A stretch of 64,000 bases of DNA, from NCBI GenBank assembly GCA_964419775.1, contig CAYQRF010000001.1:3985-67984 (forward strand). Reading direction: 5' to 3'. The stretch comes from an uncultured Rikenellaceae bacterium (GTDB taxonomy: Bacteria > Bacteroidota > Bacteroidia > Bacteroidales > VadinHA17). This document shows, in pieces, positions 1-9,432 of the stretch. Each line of letters starts with the position of its first letter. The first letter of the stretch is position 1. The notes under the pieces are model-generated. The model saw nothing but the letters and a program-made list of their open reading frames with translations, was not told where the DNA came from and searched no databases. Made by a program: the position numbers and the translations under genes.

Positions 1-1
1 T

Positions 2-802
2 GGATACGACGGAGTGATGCTTGCCGCAAAACGTCCCCACGTTTCCGTTCTTGATTATGACGAATCAGCCCGGCAGAAGCTAAAGGCAAGGATCAGTGAG
101 CTTGGACTTGATCTTGTCTGCCTTGCCGGATACTGCGATTTTACGGCCGGTGTTGACAAAGCCGGCATACCAAATGTCGAGATTCAGGCTGCCTATATCG
201 GCGAGCTGGCCCGTCTGGCACGCGATCTCGGAACCGGCATGGTGCGGGTCTATACAGGCTACGAGCGTCCCGGCGTTCCCTATGATAAACAATATGCACT
301 TGTGGTTGAAGGATTGCAGATCGCCGGTAAGCTTGCCGCCAGATACGGTGTTACCCTTGCAATTCAGAACCACCACGACATTGCCCTCCACCATGATGCA
401 ATGAAATGGCTCCTTGATGAGATTAATCTGCCTAACGTCAAGGCTGCCTTCGACTGCTGGTCACCGACACTGGAAGGATTGACCTCAGAGGAGATCAGGG
501 AAGCTATTTACACAATGAAACCTTATATAGTCCATACCACAACGGCTGACTATAAAGAGCTTCCGAGATATACATACGAACTAAACCATACGAATTATAT
601 CAGGCAGGAATCACAGATGAGGGCAGTGCCCATCGGCGAGGGCTTTCTCGATTACCGTACCTTTATAAATACTCTTAAGGAAATCGGATATCAGGGCTAC
701 ATCACGTATGAAATGTGCGAAGTTCTTGAAGGAGGAGGCTCGGTGCAGAACCTCGACAAAGCGGCTAAGACTTTTCTTGAATATGTAAAGCAATTTAAAT
801 AG
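2..802 (+). CDS. sugar phosphate isomerase/epimerase (xylose-isomerase-like TIM barrel), 5' end cut by window edge
   Basis: Frame is open from base 2 (GYDGVMLAAK...) to TAG 800-802. Motifs AIQNHH and ITYEMCE recall the xylose-isomerase-like/AP-endonuclease-2 TIM family. No search run. Confidence 0.65.
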   Translation, partial: GYDGVMLAAKRPHVSVLDYDESARQKLKARISELGLDLVCLAGYCDFTAGVDKAGIPNVEIQAAYIGELARLARDLGTGMVRVYTGYERPGVPYDKQYALVVEGLQIAGKLAARYGVTLAIQNHHDIALHHDAMKWLLDEINLPNVKAAFDCWSPTLEGLTSEEIREAIYTMKPYIVHTTTADYKELPRYTYELNHTNYIRQESQMRAVPIGEGFLDYRTFINTLKEIGYQGYITYEMCEVLEGGGSVQNLDKAAKTFLEYVKQFK

Positions 803-899
803 GTGTGAGGCGTGAGGTTTGAGGCGTGAGGGCGGGAAGGAGACGAAGGGACGAAGGGACGAAGTGACGAAGTGACGGAGAGACGAAGAGACGAAGAAG
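803..899 (+). repeat. short-period tandem arrays: 4 heptamers YKTGAGG (804-831) then 7 octamers GACGAAGN (842-897)
   Basis: Read directly: tgtgagg cgtgagg tttgagg cgtgagg ... gacgaagg x2, gacgaagt x2, gacggaga, gacgaaga x2. Fills the whole gap between stop 800-802 and ATG 903. Confidence 0.9.
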
Positions 900-902
900 T
901 TA

Positions 903-2075
903 ATGGCAAACAGATTCGCAGTTTTTTTAGTATTGGTCATACTTATTCCTTTCGAAGGAATATGTTCCGATACTTCTATAAGACGAAAGGCAATAAAGGT
1001 TCTCAGGACTGAAATAATTGCCCGTGCTGACAAAGTCCTTTATGAAAAGCCGGTTACAATAACATCATTTTACTGCGACCGGAGCTCCGGGGGGATACAT
1101 GATTTCTATTCGGAGGGGGATTACTGGTGGCCTGACCCGGAGAATCCGGAGGGACCATATATCCAGCGCGACGGGATGTCCAATCCTGGTAATTTTACTG
1201 AACACAGGAAAGTGATGATCCGCCTGAGCCGGATTACAGGCTTGCTGGCATCCGCCTATACTGTCACCGGCGATGAAAAATACGTTCATCAGGCTTTTCT
1301 CCACCTTTCTGCCTGGTTCGCCGATCCGGCTACCCTGATGAATCCATCCCTTCTCTTTGCTCAGGCAATTAAAGGAAGATACACGGGCAGAGGAACAGGA
1401 ATAATTGATACCATTCACCTGATGGAAGTTGTCCGGTCGATACAGGCCATGGAGAAGGCAGGGTGTGTTGACAAAAAACTCCTTGAAACTATTAAATCAT
1501 GGTTCACCTCGTATCTCGGATGGCTGATGACCCACCAGTACGGCATTGATGAGATGAACACAAAGAACAATCATGCCACATGCTGGGTGATGCAGGTGGC
1601 AGCATTTGCCAGGCTTACGGGGGATGAAAAGATACTTGAATTCTGCAGAGACAGGTACAGGGAAATACTGCTTCCCGGGCAGATGGCGGAGGATGGCAGT
1701 TTCCCGCTGGAACTGAAACGGACAAAGCCCTATGGTTATTCGTTATTCAATCTGGATGCCATGACGATGGTTTGCCTTATACTTTCGGACGAAAACAATG
1801 ACCTTATCCATTATCAGACCCCTGATGGCAAATCACTCCGGAAAGGGATTGAATTTCTCTATCCTTATGTTGCGGATAAAACCAAATGGACTTACAACAA
1901 GGATGTTATGTACTGGGATGAATGGCCTGTGGCACATCCCTTTCTGGTGTTCGGAGCAAGCGGTTTTGGAATCCGCCCGTGGTTTAAAACCTGGAAAAAG
2001 CTTGATCATTTCCCCGCAAATGAAGAAGTTATAAGAAATCTTCCTGTCAGAAATCCGGTGATATGGTTTGACTGA
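903..2075 (+). CDS. alginate-lyase-family / polysaccharide-lyase-like secreted protein
   Basis: 390-aa ORF with a hydrophobic N-terminus. DYWWPDPENP and surrounding pattern recall alginate_lyase-domain proteins. Recall only. Confidence 0.5.
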   Translation: MANRFAVFLVLVILIPFEGICSDTSIRRKAIKVLRTEIIARADKVLYEKPVTITSFYCDRSSGGIHDFYSEGDYWWPDPENPEGPYIQRDGMSNPGNFTEHRKVMIRLSRITGLLASAYTVTGDEKYVHQAFLHLSAWFADPATLMNPSLLFAQAIKGRYTGRGTGIIDTIHLMEVVRSIQAMEKAGCVDKKLLETIKSWFTSYLGWLMTHQYGIDEMNTKNNHATCWVMQVAAFARLTGDEKILEFCRDRYREILLPGQMAEDGSFPLELKRTKPYGYSLFNLDAMTMVCLILSDENNDLIHYQTPDGKSLRKGIEFLYPYVADKTKWTYNKDVMYWDEWPVAHPFLVFGASGFGIRPWFKTWKKLDHFPANEEVIRNLPVRNPVIWFD

Positions 2076-2119
2076 TTGTAACAAATGCTTCAAAAAATAA
2101 ATAAATAATGCTGTTTTTA

Positions 2120-2149
2120 TTTGATATATTAAAAAAATAAATACTTTTG
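2120..2149 (+). promoter_or_regulatory. candidate Bacteroidota promoter (-33 TTTG 2120-2123; -7 TACTTTTG 2142-2149)
   Basis: Matches the TTTG / TAnnTTTG consensus with 18 nt between boxes. Lies 23 nt upstream of the leader ORF. Confidence 0.55.
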
Positions 2150-2171
2150 TCAATCAATTTTAAAGAAAACA

Positions 2172-2237
2172 GTGAGTAAATCTTTCATACATATTATTGC
2201 CCTCGTCCTTATCCTCATTCTTGCCAACGGCAGATGA
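2172..2237 (+). CDS. ilv-leu leader peptide MSKSFIHIIALVLILILANGR
   Basis: GTG-initiated 21-codon ORF. 10 of 12 consecutive residues are Ile/Leu/Val (5 I, 4 L, 1 V). Sits between the promoter and a terminator directly upstream of ilvD. Confidence 0.65.
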   Translation: MSKSFIHIIALVLILILANGR

Positions 2238-2270
2238 TCCGGGAATAATATGTATCGAAACAGGTATATG

Positions 2271-2304
2271 AAGCTTTCCGGATCAACCGGGAAGCTTTTT
2301 TTTT
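2271..2304 (+). terminator. attenuator terminator upstream of ilvD
   Basis: AAGCTTTCCGG-ATCAA-CCGGGAAGCTT forms an 11 bp stem with one G-U pair, followed by a 9-T run. GATCCGGG 2236-2243 can alternatively pair with TCCGGATC 2277-2284. Confidence 0.75.
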
Positions 2305-2318
2305 AACATGGTTTTATT

Positions 2319-4148
2319 ATGAAGATTCAGCTTAGAAGTTCAAGAACAGTAACCGGAAGGAACATGGCAGGTGCCAGGAGCCTCTGGAGGGCAAACGGGA
2401 TGAAAGAGGAACAGTTCGGAAAGCCCGTTATTGCAATTGTGAATTCCTTTTCACAGTTCGTTCCCGGGCATGTCCATCTTCACAGCATTGGCCAGACGAT
2501 AAAGAAGGAAATTGATAAGCAGGGTTTCTTTGCTGCAGAGTTCAACACAATTGCCATTGATGACGGTATTGCCATGGGCCATGAGGGAATGCTCTATTCT
2601 CTCCCATCGCGAGAACTTATAGCCGACAGCGTTGAATATGTCTGCAATGCCCATCGGGCTGATGCAATGATCTGTATAAGCAACTGTGACAAGATCACTC
2701 CCGGGATGCTTATGGCTGCCATGCGGCTCAACATCCCGGCGCTGTTTGTCTCGGGAGGCCCGATGGAAGCCGGAAACTACAGGAACAGGGATATTGATCT
2801 TATTGATGCGATGGTATCGGCAGCCGATGAATCGGTAAGCGACCGCGAACTTCGGGAAATGGAACTGGCTGCCTGTCCTACATGCGGCTCCTGTTCGGGA
2901 ATGTTCACTGCCAACTCGATGAACTGCCTTGCTGAAGCGCTCGGGATGGCATTGCCGGGAAACGGCACCGTTATTGCCACACATTCCAACAGGCTTAAGT
3001 TATTCGATAAAGCTGCAAGTCTGATTGTTGGTCTTGCAAAGAAATTTTATTACGAAGGCGATACAAGTGTTCTTCCCAGGTCGGTAGCTTCAAAGAAAGC
3101 ATTCCTCAACGCAATGTCGCTCGACATAGCCATGGGCGGGTCGACAAACACAGTGCTTCATCTGCTGGCAGTAGCACAGGAGGCCGGAGTGGATTTCACC
3201 ATGAAGGACATTGATGAACTGTCGCGCCGGATTCCCAACATATGCAAAGTGGCTCCAAGCTCTAAGTACCATGTTCAGGATGTCAACCGGGCAGGCGGTA
3301 TACTTTCGATAATGGGCGAACTGGAACGCAACAGTCTGATTGACGGTTCAGCATTACGCCTCGACTACCCCACCCTTCATGATGCAATCGCCGACTGGGA
3401 TGTTATGAGCAGTAAGATAAAACCGGAGGCATGGGATTTCTGGCTCAGTGCTCCCTCAAATAAAAGGAGCATTGAGATGGGTTCTCACAGCACCTATTAT
3501 GACAGGCCTGATGCCGACAGAGTCAATGGCTGCATAAGGAACACTGAAAATGCCTATAACAGAGATGGCGGCCTTGCGGTACTTTACGGCAACATTGCCA
3601 GGAGCGGCTGCATAGTCAAGACTGCCGGGATCGACGCCTCACTGCTTAAGTTCAGCGGCCCTGCAGTCGTCTTCGAATCGCAGGATGAAGCAGTGGAAGG
3701 AATATTGGGAGGATCCGTGAAACAGGGAGATGCAGTTGTCATCAGGTATGAAGGACCAAGGGGAGGACCGGGGATGCAGGAGATGCTCTACCCGACATCT
3801 TATCTGAAATCAAAACTGCTCGACAAGAAATGCGCCCTGATAACCGATGGCAGGTTTTCAGGAGGAACCTCCGGACTGTCGGTCGGGCACCTGTCACCCG
3901 AAGCCGCTGCCGGCGGTGAAATTGCCCTTATCCGGAACGGCGATATAATAGACATAGATGTTACGTCAAGGAAAATCAATGTCATTCTTACAGATGATGA
4001 GCTTGAGTTGAGATTCAATAATGAAAAGTCCAGAGGAGCTGATGCATTTAATCCGGCCGGAAGGAAACGTGAAGTCCCGTCTTCCCTCCGGGCCTACGCA
4101 AAAATGGTAAGTTCGGCCGACAAGGGAGCAGTCAGGATAGTAAGTTAA
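2319..4148 (+). CDS. ilvD: dihydroxy-acid dehydratase
   Basis: 609 aa. [27 protein letters not shown] and GRFSGGTSG are near-identical to recalled E. coli IlvD motifs. Confidence 0.95.
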   Translation: MKIQLRSSRTVTGRNMAGARSLWRANGMKEEQFGKPVIAIVNSFSQFVPGHVHLHSIGQTIKKEIDKQGFFAAEFNTIAIDDGIAMGHEGMLYSLPSRELIADSVEYVCNAHRADAMICISNCDKITPGMLMAAMRLNIPALFVSGGPMEAGNYRNRDIDLIDAMVSAADESVSDRELREMELAACPTCGSCSGMFTANSMNCLAEALGMALPGNGTVIATHSNRLKLFDKAASLIVGLAKKFYYEGDTSVLPRSVASKKAFLNAMSLDIAMGGSTNTVLHLLAVAQEAGVDFTMKDIDELSRRIPNICKVAPSSKYHVQDVNRAGGILSIMGELERNSLIDGSALRLDYPTLHDAIADWDVMSSKIKPEAWDFWLSAPSNKRSIEMGSHSTYYDRPDADRVNGCIRNTENAYNRDGGLAVLYGNIARSGCIVKTAGIDASLLKFSGPAVVFESQDEAVEGILGGSVKQGDAVVIRYEGPRGGPGMQEMLYPTSYLKSKLLDKKCALITDGRFSGGTSGLSVGHLSPEAAAGGEIALIRNGDIIDIDVTSRKINVILTDDELELRFNNEKSRGADAFNPAGRKREVPSSLRAYAKMVSSADKGAVRIVS

Positions 4149-4198
4149 AGAACCCGGGTGATTACATGAGATACATTTATTAAGATAATTTGAGTCAG

Positions 4199-5941
4199 AT
4201 GAAGACAAAGAAAGAAAAGGAAAAGGTTGCTGAAAACACTAACGGACATGAGATTATAACCGGTGCCGAGGCTATCCTCAGGGCGTTGGTCGAGGAAAGG
4301 GTTGATACAATTTTCGGTTATCCCGGCGGAGCAATCATGCCCGTGTACGACAAACTTCTTGATTATCAGGACAAGCTTCACCATATTCTGACACGTCATG
4401 AGCAGGGTGCAGCTCACGCCGCACAGGCTTATGCAATGGTAACGGGGAAACCCGGCATTTGCTTTGCTACATCCGGACCCGGAGCTACCAACCTTATAAC
4501 AGGTATTGCCAATGCTTACCTCGATTCCGTTCCGATGGTATTCGTCACTGCGCAGGTTGTTTCAAATCTGATCGGGACCGACGCTTTTCAGGAAACCGAC
4601 ATCATCGGCGTTTCAATGCCCGTTACCAAATGGAACGCCCAGATCAAGAAAGCCCATGATATCCCTGAGACACTGGCAAAAGCGTTTTTTATAGCTTGTT
4701 CCGGCAGGCCCGGACCGGTGCTTATCGACATTACGAAGGATGCCCAGCTCGAAAAGCTTGATTTCAGTTATAAAAAATGTAATTACCTGAGAAGTTATAA
4801 TCCCACCCTGCCCTTACGGACAAGAGCAATCGAATCTGCGGCAATAATGATCAACCATGCCGAAAAGCCTCTGATTCTTGCCGGACACGGAGTGCTGATC
4901 TCGAGAGCGGAGAATGAGCTTTTGCAGTTTGCCGAAAAGACCGGGATTCCGGTGGCGATGACACTCCTTGGCCTTTCTGCCTTCCCCTCGGCCCACCGAC
5001 TCTACGCAGGCTACCTTGGCATGCATGGGAATTACGCTCCAAACCTGCTTACAAATGAAGCCGATCTGATCATTGCTATCGGAATGCGCTTCGACGACAG
5101 GGTAACCGGCAACCTGAAGAAATATGCAAAAAACGCCAGGATCATACATATTGAGATAGATGAAGCCGAAATCAACAAGAATGTTACCGTTGATCTGGAA
5201 ATCAACAATGATGCACGTGAGGTACTGCAACACCTGATCCCTCTTGTTCACCAAAAGAATCATGAGAACTGGATAAGGGAATTCAGGATACTCGACAAGA
5301 CTGAAAACGAGAAGGTAATCAAGCCTGAAACGATGCCCGGAAATGGAAACATAAAGATGGGAGAAGTAGTCAGGCTCGTTTCCGAGCTTACAGGGGGCGA
5401 CACAATTGCAGTAACCGATGTAGGACAGAACCAGATGTCGGTAGCGCGTTACTTCAGATTCTCAAGTCCGAACAGTCTTGTGACATCGGGAGGAATGGGA
5501 ACAATGGGATTTGGTCTGCCTGCAGCCATCGGTGCCAAGATAGGCAATACCGGCAAACAGGTTGTCGCTTTTATCGGCGACGGCGGATTCCAGATGACAA
5601 TCCAGGAACTCGGAACTATCCTTCAGTACAAGGTGGCTGTTAAGGTGATCATTCTTAACAACGGATTCCTTGGCATGGTGAGGCAATGGCAGGACATGTT
5701 CTTCGACAAGAGGTACGCGTCCACAGAGCTGATGAATCCTGATTTTGTAACCATCGCAAGCGGGTACGGAATCCCGGCAAAAACAGTGTCAGCCAGAGAG
5801 GAACTAAAGGACTCCCTCAGGGAAATGCTGGATTCAAAGGGGCCTTACATACTTGATGTAAGAATCGACAAGGAAGCTAATGTGCTTCCGATGATCGAAC
5901 CGGGGGCTTCGGTTTCAGAAGTAACACTGACCTATAAATAA
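4199..5941 (+). CDS. ilvB: acetolactate synthase large (catalytic) subunit
   Basis: ThDP motif IGDGGFQM...ILNNGFLGMV. The ORF-track start 4190 is TTG, so the ATG at 4199 is preferred. Confidence 0.9.
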   Translation: MKTKKEKEKVAENTNGHEIITGAEAILRALVEERVDTIFGYPGGAIMPVYDKLLDYQDKLHHILTRHEQGAAHAAQAYAMVTGKPGICFATSGPGATNLITGIANAYLDSVPMVFVTAQVVSNLIGTDAFQETDIIGVSMPVTKWNAQIKKAHDIPETLAKAFFIACSGRPGPVLIDITKDAQLEKLDFSYKKCNYLRSYNPTLPLRTRAIESAAIMINHAEKPLILAGHGVLISRAENELLQFAEKTGIPVAMTLLGLSAFPSAHRLYAGYLGMHGNYAPNLLTNEADLIIAIGMRFDDRVTGNLKKYAKNARIIHIEIDEAEINKNVTVDLEINNDAREVLQHLIPLVHQKNHENWIREFRILDKTENEKVIKPETMPGNGNIKMGEVVRLVSELTGGDTIAVTDVGQNQMSVARYFRFSSPNSLVTSGGMGTMGFGLPAAIGAKIGNTGKQVVAFIGDGGFQMTIQELGTILQYKVAVKVIILNNGFLGMVRQWQDMFFDKRYASTELMNPDFVTIASGYGIPAKTVSAREELKDSLREMLDSKGPYILDVRIDKEANVLPMIEPGASVSEVTLTYK

Positions 5942-6060
5942 AAAACCCTAATCCCCCCCTGACTCTTCGGTCAGCACAGGCCTTTAGGGTTCTTAAAGAA
6001 CCCCCTTTAGGGGGCAGGGGGTAGCGGACGGGGGAGGAGGTTAACAGCAGGGAGCAGGCA
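5942..6060 (+). repeat. GC-run palindromic intergenic element (copy 1)
   Basis: Starts at the ilvB stop. Contains C7-TG, hairpins CTGAC-N6-GTCAG, GGGTTCT-TAA-AGAACCC and CCCCC-TTTA-GGGGG, then CAGGGGGT...AACAGCAGGG. Shares a core with 9341-9380. Confidence 0.85.
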
Positions 6061-6090
6061 ACAAAAGTAAAATAGAAAAAACCAGTCATT

Positions 6091-6654
6091 ATGAACATAC
6101 AGGAATTTACAATATCGATCTTTTCGGAAGATCATATAGGGATAACGAACCAGATAACAATCATCCTTACGAGAAGACAGATAAACATTGAAAGCATAAC
6201 GGCATCAGAATCTGCGGTTAAGGGAGTACAGATTCTCACGCTTGTTGTAAGGACAACTTCCGAAATGGTTCAGAAGGTTGTAAAGCAGATCCAGAAGATA
6301 GTTGAGGTACTCAAGGTCTTTGTGCACACTTCGGATGAGATAATTTACCAGGAACTTGCACTATATAAAGTCAGGACCAAGGGCCTTATGTCGGGCAATC
6401 TTATCGATCGCATTGTCCGCGATCATAACGCACGCATTCTTGAGGTTCATCCTGAGTTCATGGTGATTGAACGGACCGGGCACAAGACTCAGATCAACGA
6501 TCTGCTTCATATTCTGGAGCCCTGCGGCGTTCTTCAGTTTGTAAGATCAGGCAGGGTTGCAATAACCAGGCAGGTCAAGGAGCTTAATGCCTATCTTGAG
6601 GAAATGGATCAGGCAAATCAGCAGAGACCCGACGACTTTGATACGTATAACTAA
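6091..6654 (+). CDS. ilvN: acetolactate synthase small (regulatory) subunit
   Basis: 187 aa. ACT-domain-like N-terminus, positioned after ilvB. Confidence 0.8.
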   Translation: MNIQEFTISIFSEDHIGITNQITIILTRRQINIESITASESAVKGVQILTLVVRTTSEMVQKVVKQIQKIVEVLKVFVHTSDEIIYQELALYKVRTKGLMSGNLIDRIVRDHNARILEVHPEFMVIERTGHKTQINDLLHILEPCGVLQFVRSGRVAITRQVKELNAYLEEMDQANQQRPDDFDTYN

Positions 6655-6738
6655 AGGCATTTTTAATGCAGGGATGAGAAAAACAAGAAATAAACAAGAA
6701 TAAAACGCATATAACATAAACCTACAAAAACTAATACC

Positions 6739-7788
6739 ATGGCAAAAATTGATTTTGGCGGAATCCTTGAAGATGTTGTAACAAGGGAAGAATTCACTCT
6801 GGAAAAGGCACGCGAAGTACTTAAGAATGAAACCATAGCCGTAATAGGCTACGGTGTGCAGGGACCGGCACAGGCTCTTAACATGAAGGACAATGGTGTA
6901 AATGTAATCATAGGCCAGGCCCCGGAATTCAAGGCTGACTGGGACAAGGCAGTGGCTGACGGGTTTGTTCCCGGAAAGAACCTTTTTGATGTTGATGAAG
7001 CAGCAAAAAAAGCCACTATCATCCAATACCTGGTATCGGACGCAGCACAGAGGACACTATGGCCCAGAATCAAGCCATGCCTTAAGGCGGGAGATGCCCT
7101 TTACTTCTCACACGGTTTCTCAATAACATACAAGGAGCACACGGGAGTAATCCCTCCTGAGAATATCGATGTCATCCTTTGTGCGCCGAAAGGTTCCGGT
7201 ACAAGCGTAAGGAGGAATTTCCTTGCGGGTACTGGCATCAACTCAAGCTATTCGGTCTTCCAGGATTTCACCGGCAGGGCAACCGACCGCATTCTTGCAC
7301 TTGGCATAGCTATCGGATCAGGATATCTCTTCCCCACCACATTTGAAAAAGAGGTTTTTTCCGACCTTACGGGTGAACGGGGAGTTCTGATGGGAGCGCT
7401 TGCAGGCATCATGGATGCCCAGTACCAGGTGCTTCGCGCAAACGGTCATTCTCCATCCGAAGCCTTCAACGAAACCGTTGAAGAGCTGACGCAGAGTCTT
7501 ATCAGGCTTGTCGATGAAAAAGGAATGGACTGGATGTACTCGAACTGCAGTGCCACAGCACAGCGTGGTGCGCTCGACTGGCGTCCCAGGTTCATGGAGG
7601 CAACCCTTCCGGTCTTCACTGATCTTTACAACAAAGTTAAATCGGGTGAAGAGTGCGTCAGGGTGCTGCAGTCGACCGGATTGCCGAATTACAAGGAACT
7701 CCTCAACGCTGAACTGTCTGAGCTTGGAAACTCCGAGTTATGGAGGACAGGTGCTGCAGTAAGGAAGTTAAGGCCGGGAAAGAAATAA
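6739..7788 (+). CDS. ilvC: ketol-acid reductoisomerase
   Basis: 349 aa. Rossmann motif [17 protein letters not shown] plus operon context. Confidence 0.92.
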   Translation: MAKIDFGGILEDVVTREEFTLEKAREVLKNETIAVIGYGVQGPAQALNMKDNGVNVIIGQAPEFKADWDKAVADGFVPGKNLFDVDEAAKKATIIQYLVSDAAQRTLWPRIKPCLKAGDALYFSHGFSITYKEHTGVIPPENIDVILCAPKGSGTSVRRNFLAGTGINSSYSVFQDFTGRATDRILALGIAIGSGYLFPTTFEKEVFSDLTGERGVLMGALAGIMDAQYQVLRANGHSPSEAFNETVEELTQSLIRLVDEKGMDWMYSNCSATAQRGALDWRPRFMEATLPVFTDLYNKVKSGEECVRVLQSTGLPNYKELLNAELSELGNSELWRTGAAVRKLRPGKK

Positions 7789-7810
7789 GAAACAAGTAAA
7801 ACAAATAATA

Positions 7811-9304
7811 ATGGAAGAAAAAGTATACATCTTCGACACAACCCTCCGCGACGGAGAACAGGTGCCCGGATGCCAGCTGAATACAGTCGAAAAGATTCAG
7901 GTAGCCAGGGCACTTGAAGCCCTGGGAGTCGACGTCATTGAATCGGGCTTCCCGATTTCCAGCCCCGGCGATTTCAGGTCGGTTGTGGAAATATCGAAAG
8001 CCATCTCAAATCCGGTGATTTGCGCTCTTACAAGAGCAGTAAAAAAGGATATCGAAGTGGCGGCTGAAGCACTCCAGTATGCAAAAAGAAAGAGGATACA
8101 CACCGGTATCGGTACTTCTCCCTTTCATATAAAGTACAAGATCAGAACGACTCCGGAGGAGATACTCAAGAGAGCAGTCGATGCTGTGAAATATGCCAAA
8201 AAATTCGTGGAGGATGTGGAGTTCTATGCAGAGGATGCAGGAAGGAGCGAGAATGAATACCTTGCCCAGGTAATCGAGGCTGTTATAAAGGCCGGGGCAA
8301 CGGTTGTCAACATACCGGATACGACAGGCTACTGCCTTCCCGAAGAATATGGTGCCAAGATCAGATATCTTGTGGAGAATGTGAAAAACATCGACAAGGC
8401 GGTTATTTCGACCCACTGCCACAATGACCTTGGAATGGCAACCGCCAACACAATCATGGGTGTGCTTAACGGCGCCAGGCAGGTAGAGGTTACTATGAAC
8501 GGCATCGGCGAGAGAGCAGGCAACACTTCGCTCGAGGAAGTGGCAATGATAATAAAGAGCCATCATGCCATGAAGCTTAAAACCGACATCAACTCAAAGC
8601 TGATATTCAGCACAAGCAGGCTGGTCTCCAACCTTATGAGCATGCCGGTTCAGGCTAACAAGGCAATAGTAGGAAGGAATGCATTCGCCCACTCTTCAGG
8701 TATCCACCAGGACGGTGTACTTAAATACAGGGAGAATTATGAAATAATCGATCCCCATGAGGTGGGAATAAAGGAATCGTCGATCATACTGACGGCACGT
8801 AGCGGAAGGGCTGCCCTTAACCACCGGCTGGAGGCACTGGGGTTCACATTCGGCAAGGAAGAGCTGGATGATATATACCACCGGTTCCTGAATCTTGCCG
8901 ACAAGAAGAAGGAAATCAACGATGAGGATCTGAGAATCCTGTCGGGTGAGGTGTTTGCCGGAGAAAAGTCGCTCAAGCTGGAAACACTTCAGGTCACCTG
9001 CGGACGATCGACTGTTCCGGTGGCTACGGTTGGGGTCAAAATCAATGGGGAAGTTCACCTGGCAACAGCTTCGGGGAACGGACCAATTGATGCGGCTTTT
9101 ACCGCCGTAAAATCGCTTATAAGCAAAACCGTCCACCTCGAGGAGTTTCTTATTCAGGCCATCACAAAAGGAAGCGATGATATAGGCAAGGTACACATCC
9201 AGATAGAACATGAAGGAAAGATCTATTATGGCTTCTCCGCAAATATCGACATAGTAACCGCCTCAGTAGAGGCCTTCATCGATGCAATATCCAAGATAAA
9301 ATGA
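7811..9304 (+). CDS. leuA: 2-isopropylmalate synthase
   Basis: [22 protein letters not shown] and a C-terminal LeuA-dimer-like region. Confidence 0.9.
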   Translation: MEEKVYIFDTTLRDGEQVPGCQLNTVEKIQVARALEALGVDVIESGFPISSPGDFRSVVEISKAISNPVICALTRAVKKDIEVAAEALQYAKRKRIHTGIGTSPFHIKYKIRTTPEEILKRAVDAVKYAKKFVEDVEFYAEDAGRSENEYLAQVIEAVIKAGATVVNIPDTTGYCLPEEYGAKIRYLVENVKNIDKAVISTHCHNDLGMATANTIMGVLNGARQVEVTMNGIGERAGNTSLEEVAMIIKSHHAMKLKTDINSKLIFSTSRLVSNLMSMPVQANKAIVGRNAFAHSSGIHQDGVLKYRENYEIIDPHEVGIKESSIILTARSGRAALNHRLEALGFTFGKEELDDIYHRFLNLADKKKEINDEDLRILSGEVFAGEKSLKLETLQVTCGRSTVPVATVGVKINGEVHLATASGNGPIDAAFTAVKSLISKTVHLEEFLIQAITKGSDDIGKVHIQIEHEGKIYYGFSANIDIVTASVEAFIDAISKIK

Positions 9305-9420
9305 CCCCCCACCCCCCCCTGAAGGGGGGCCATCTTCCGCTTACCCCCCTTTAGGGGGGCAGGGGGGTAAAACAGCAGGGGACAAAACATCAGGGAGGCA
9401 GGGAAGCAACAGAATTAATA
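9305..9420 (+). repeat. GC-run palindromic intergenic element (copy 2)
   Basis: TGA is followed directly by C6-A-C8-TGAA-G6, then C6-TTTA-G6-CA-G6 and AACAGCAGGGG. Homologous core with copy 1 and shared 5' end with copy 3. Confidence 0.85.
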
Positions 9421-9432
9421 AAATATTACTTA

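Noticed and set aside
611-1033. Antisense ORFs (611-1033 and 697-909, minus strand) with Ser/Leu/Arg/Pro low-complexity sequence
   Set aside because: They are translations of the octamer and heptamer arrays and of the opposite strand of real genes. The same reasoning applies to the many other antisense ORFs in the track that lie inside well-supported genes.
5944-5991. Telomere-like CCCTAA / TTAGGG words
   Set aside because: They are simply the two arms of a hairpin within the GC-run element and are not tandemly repeated.
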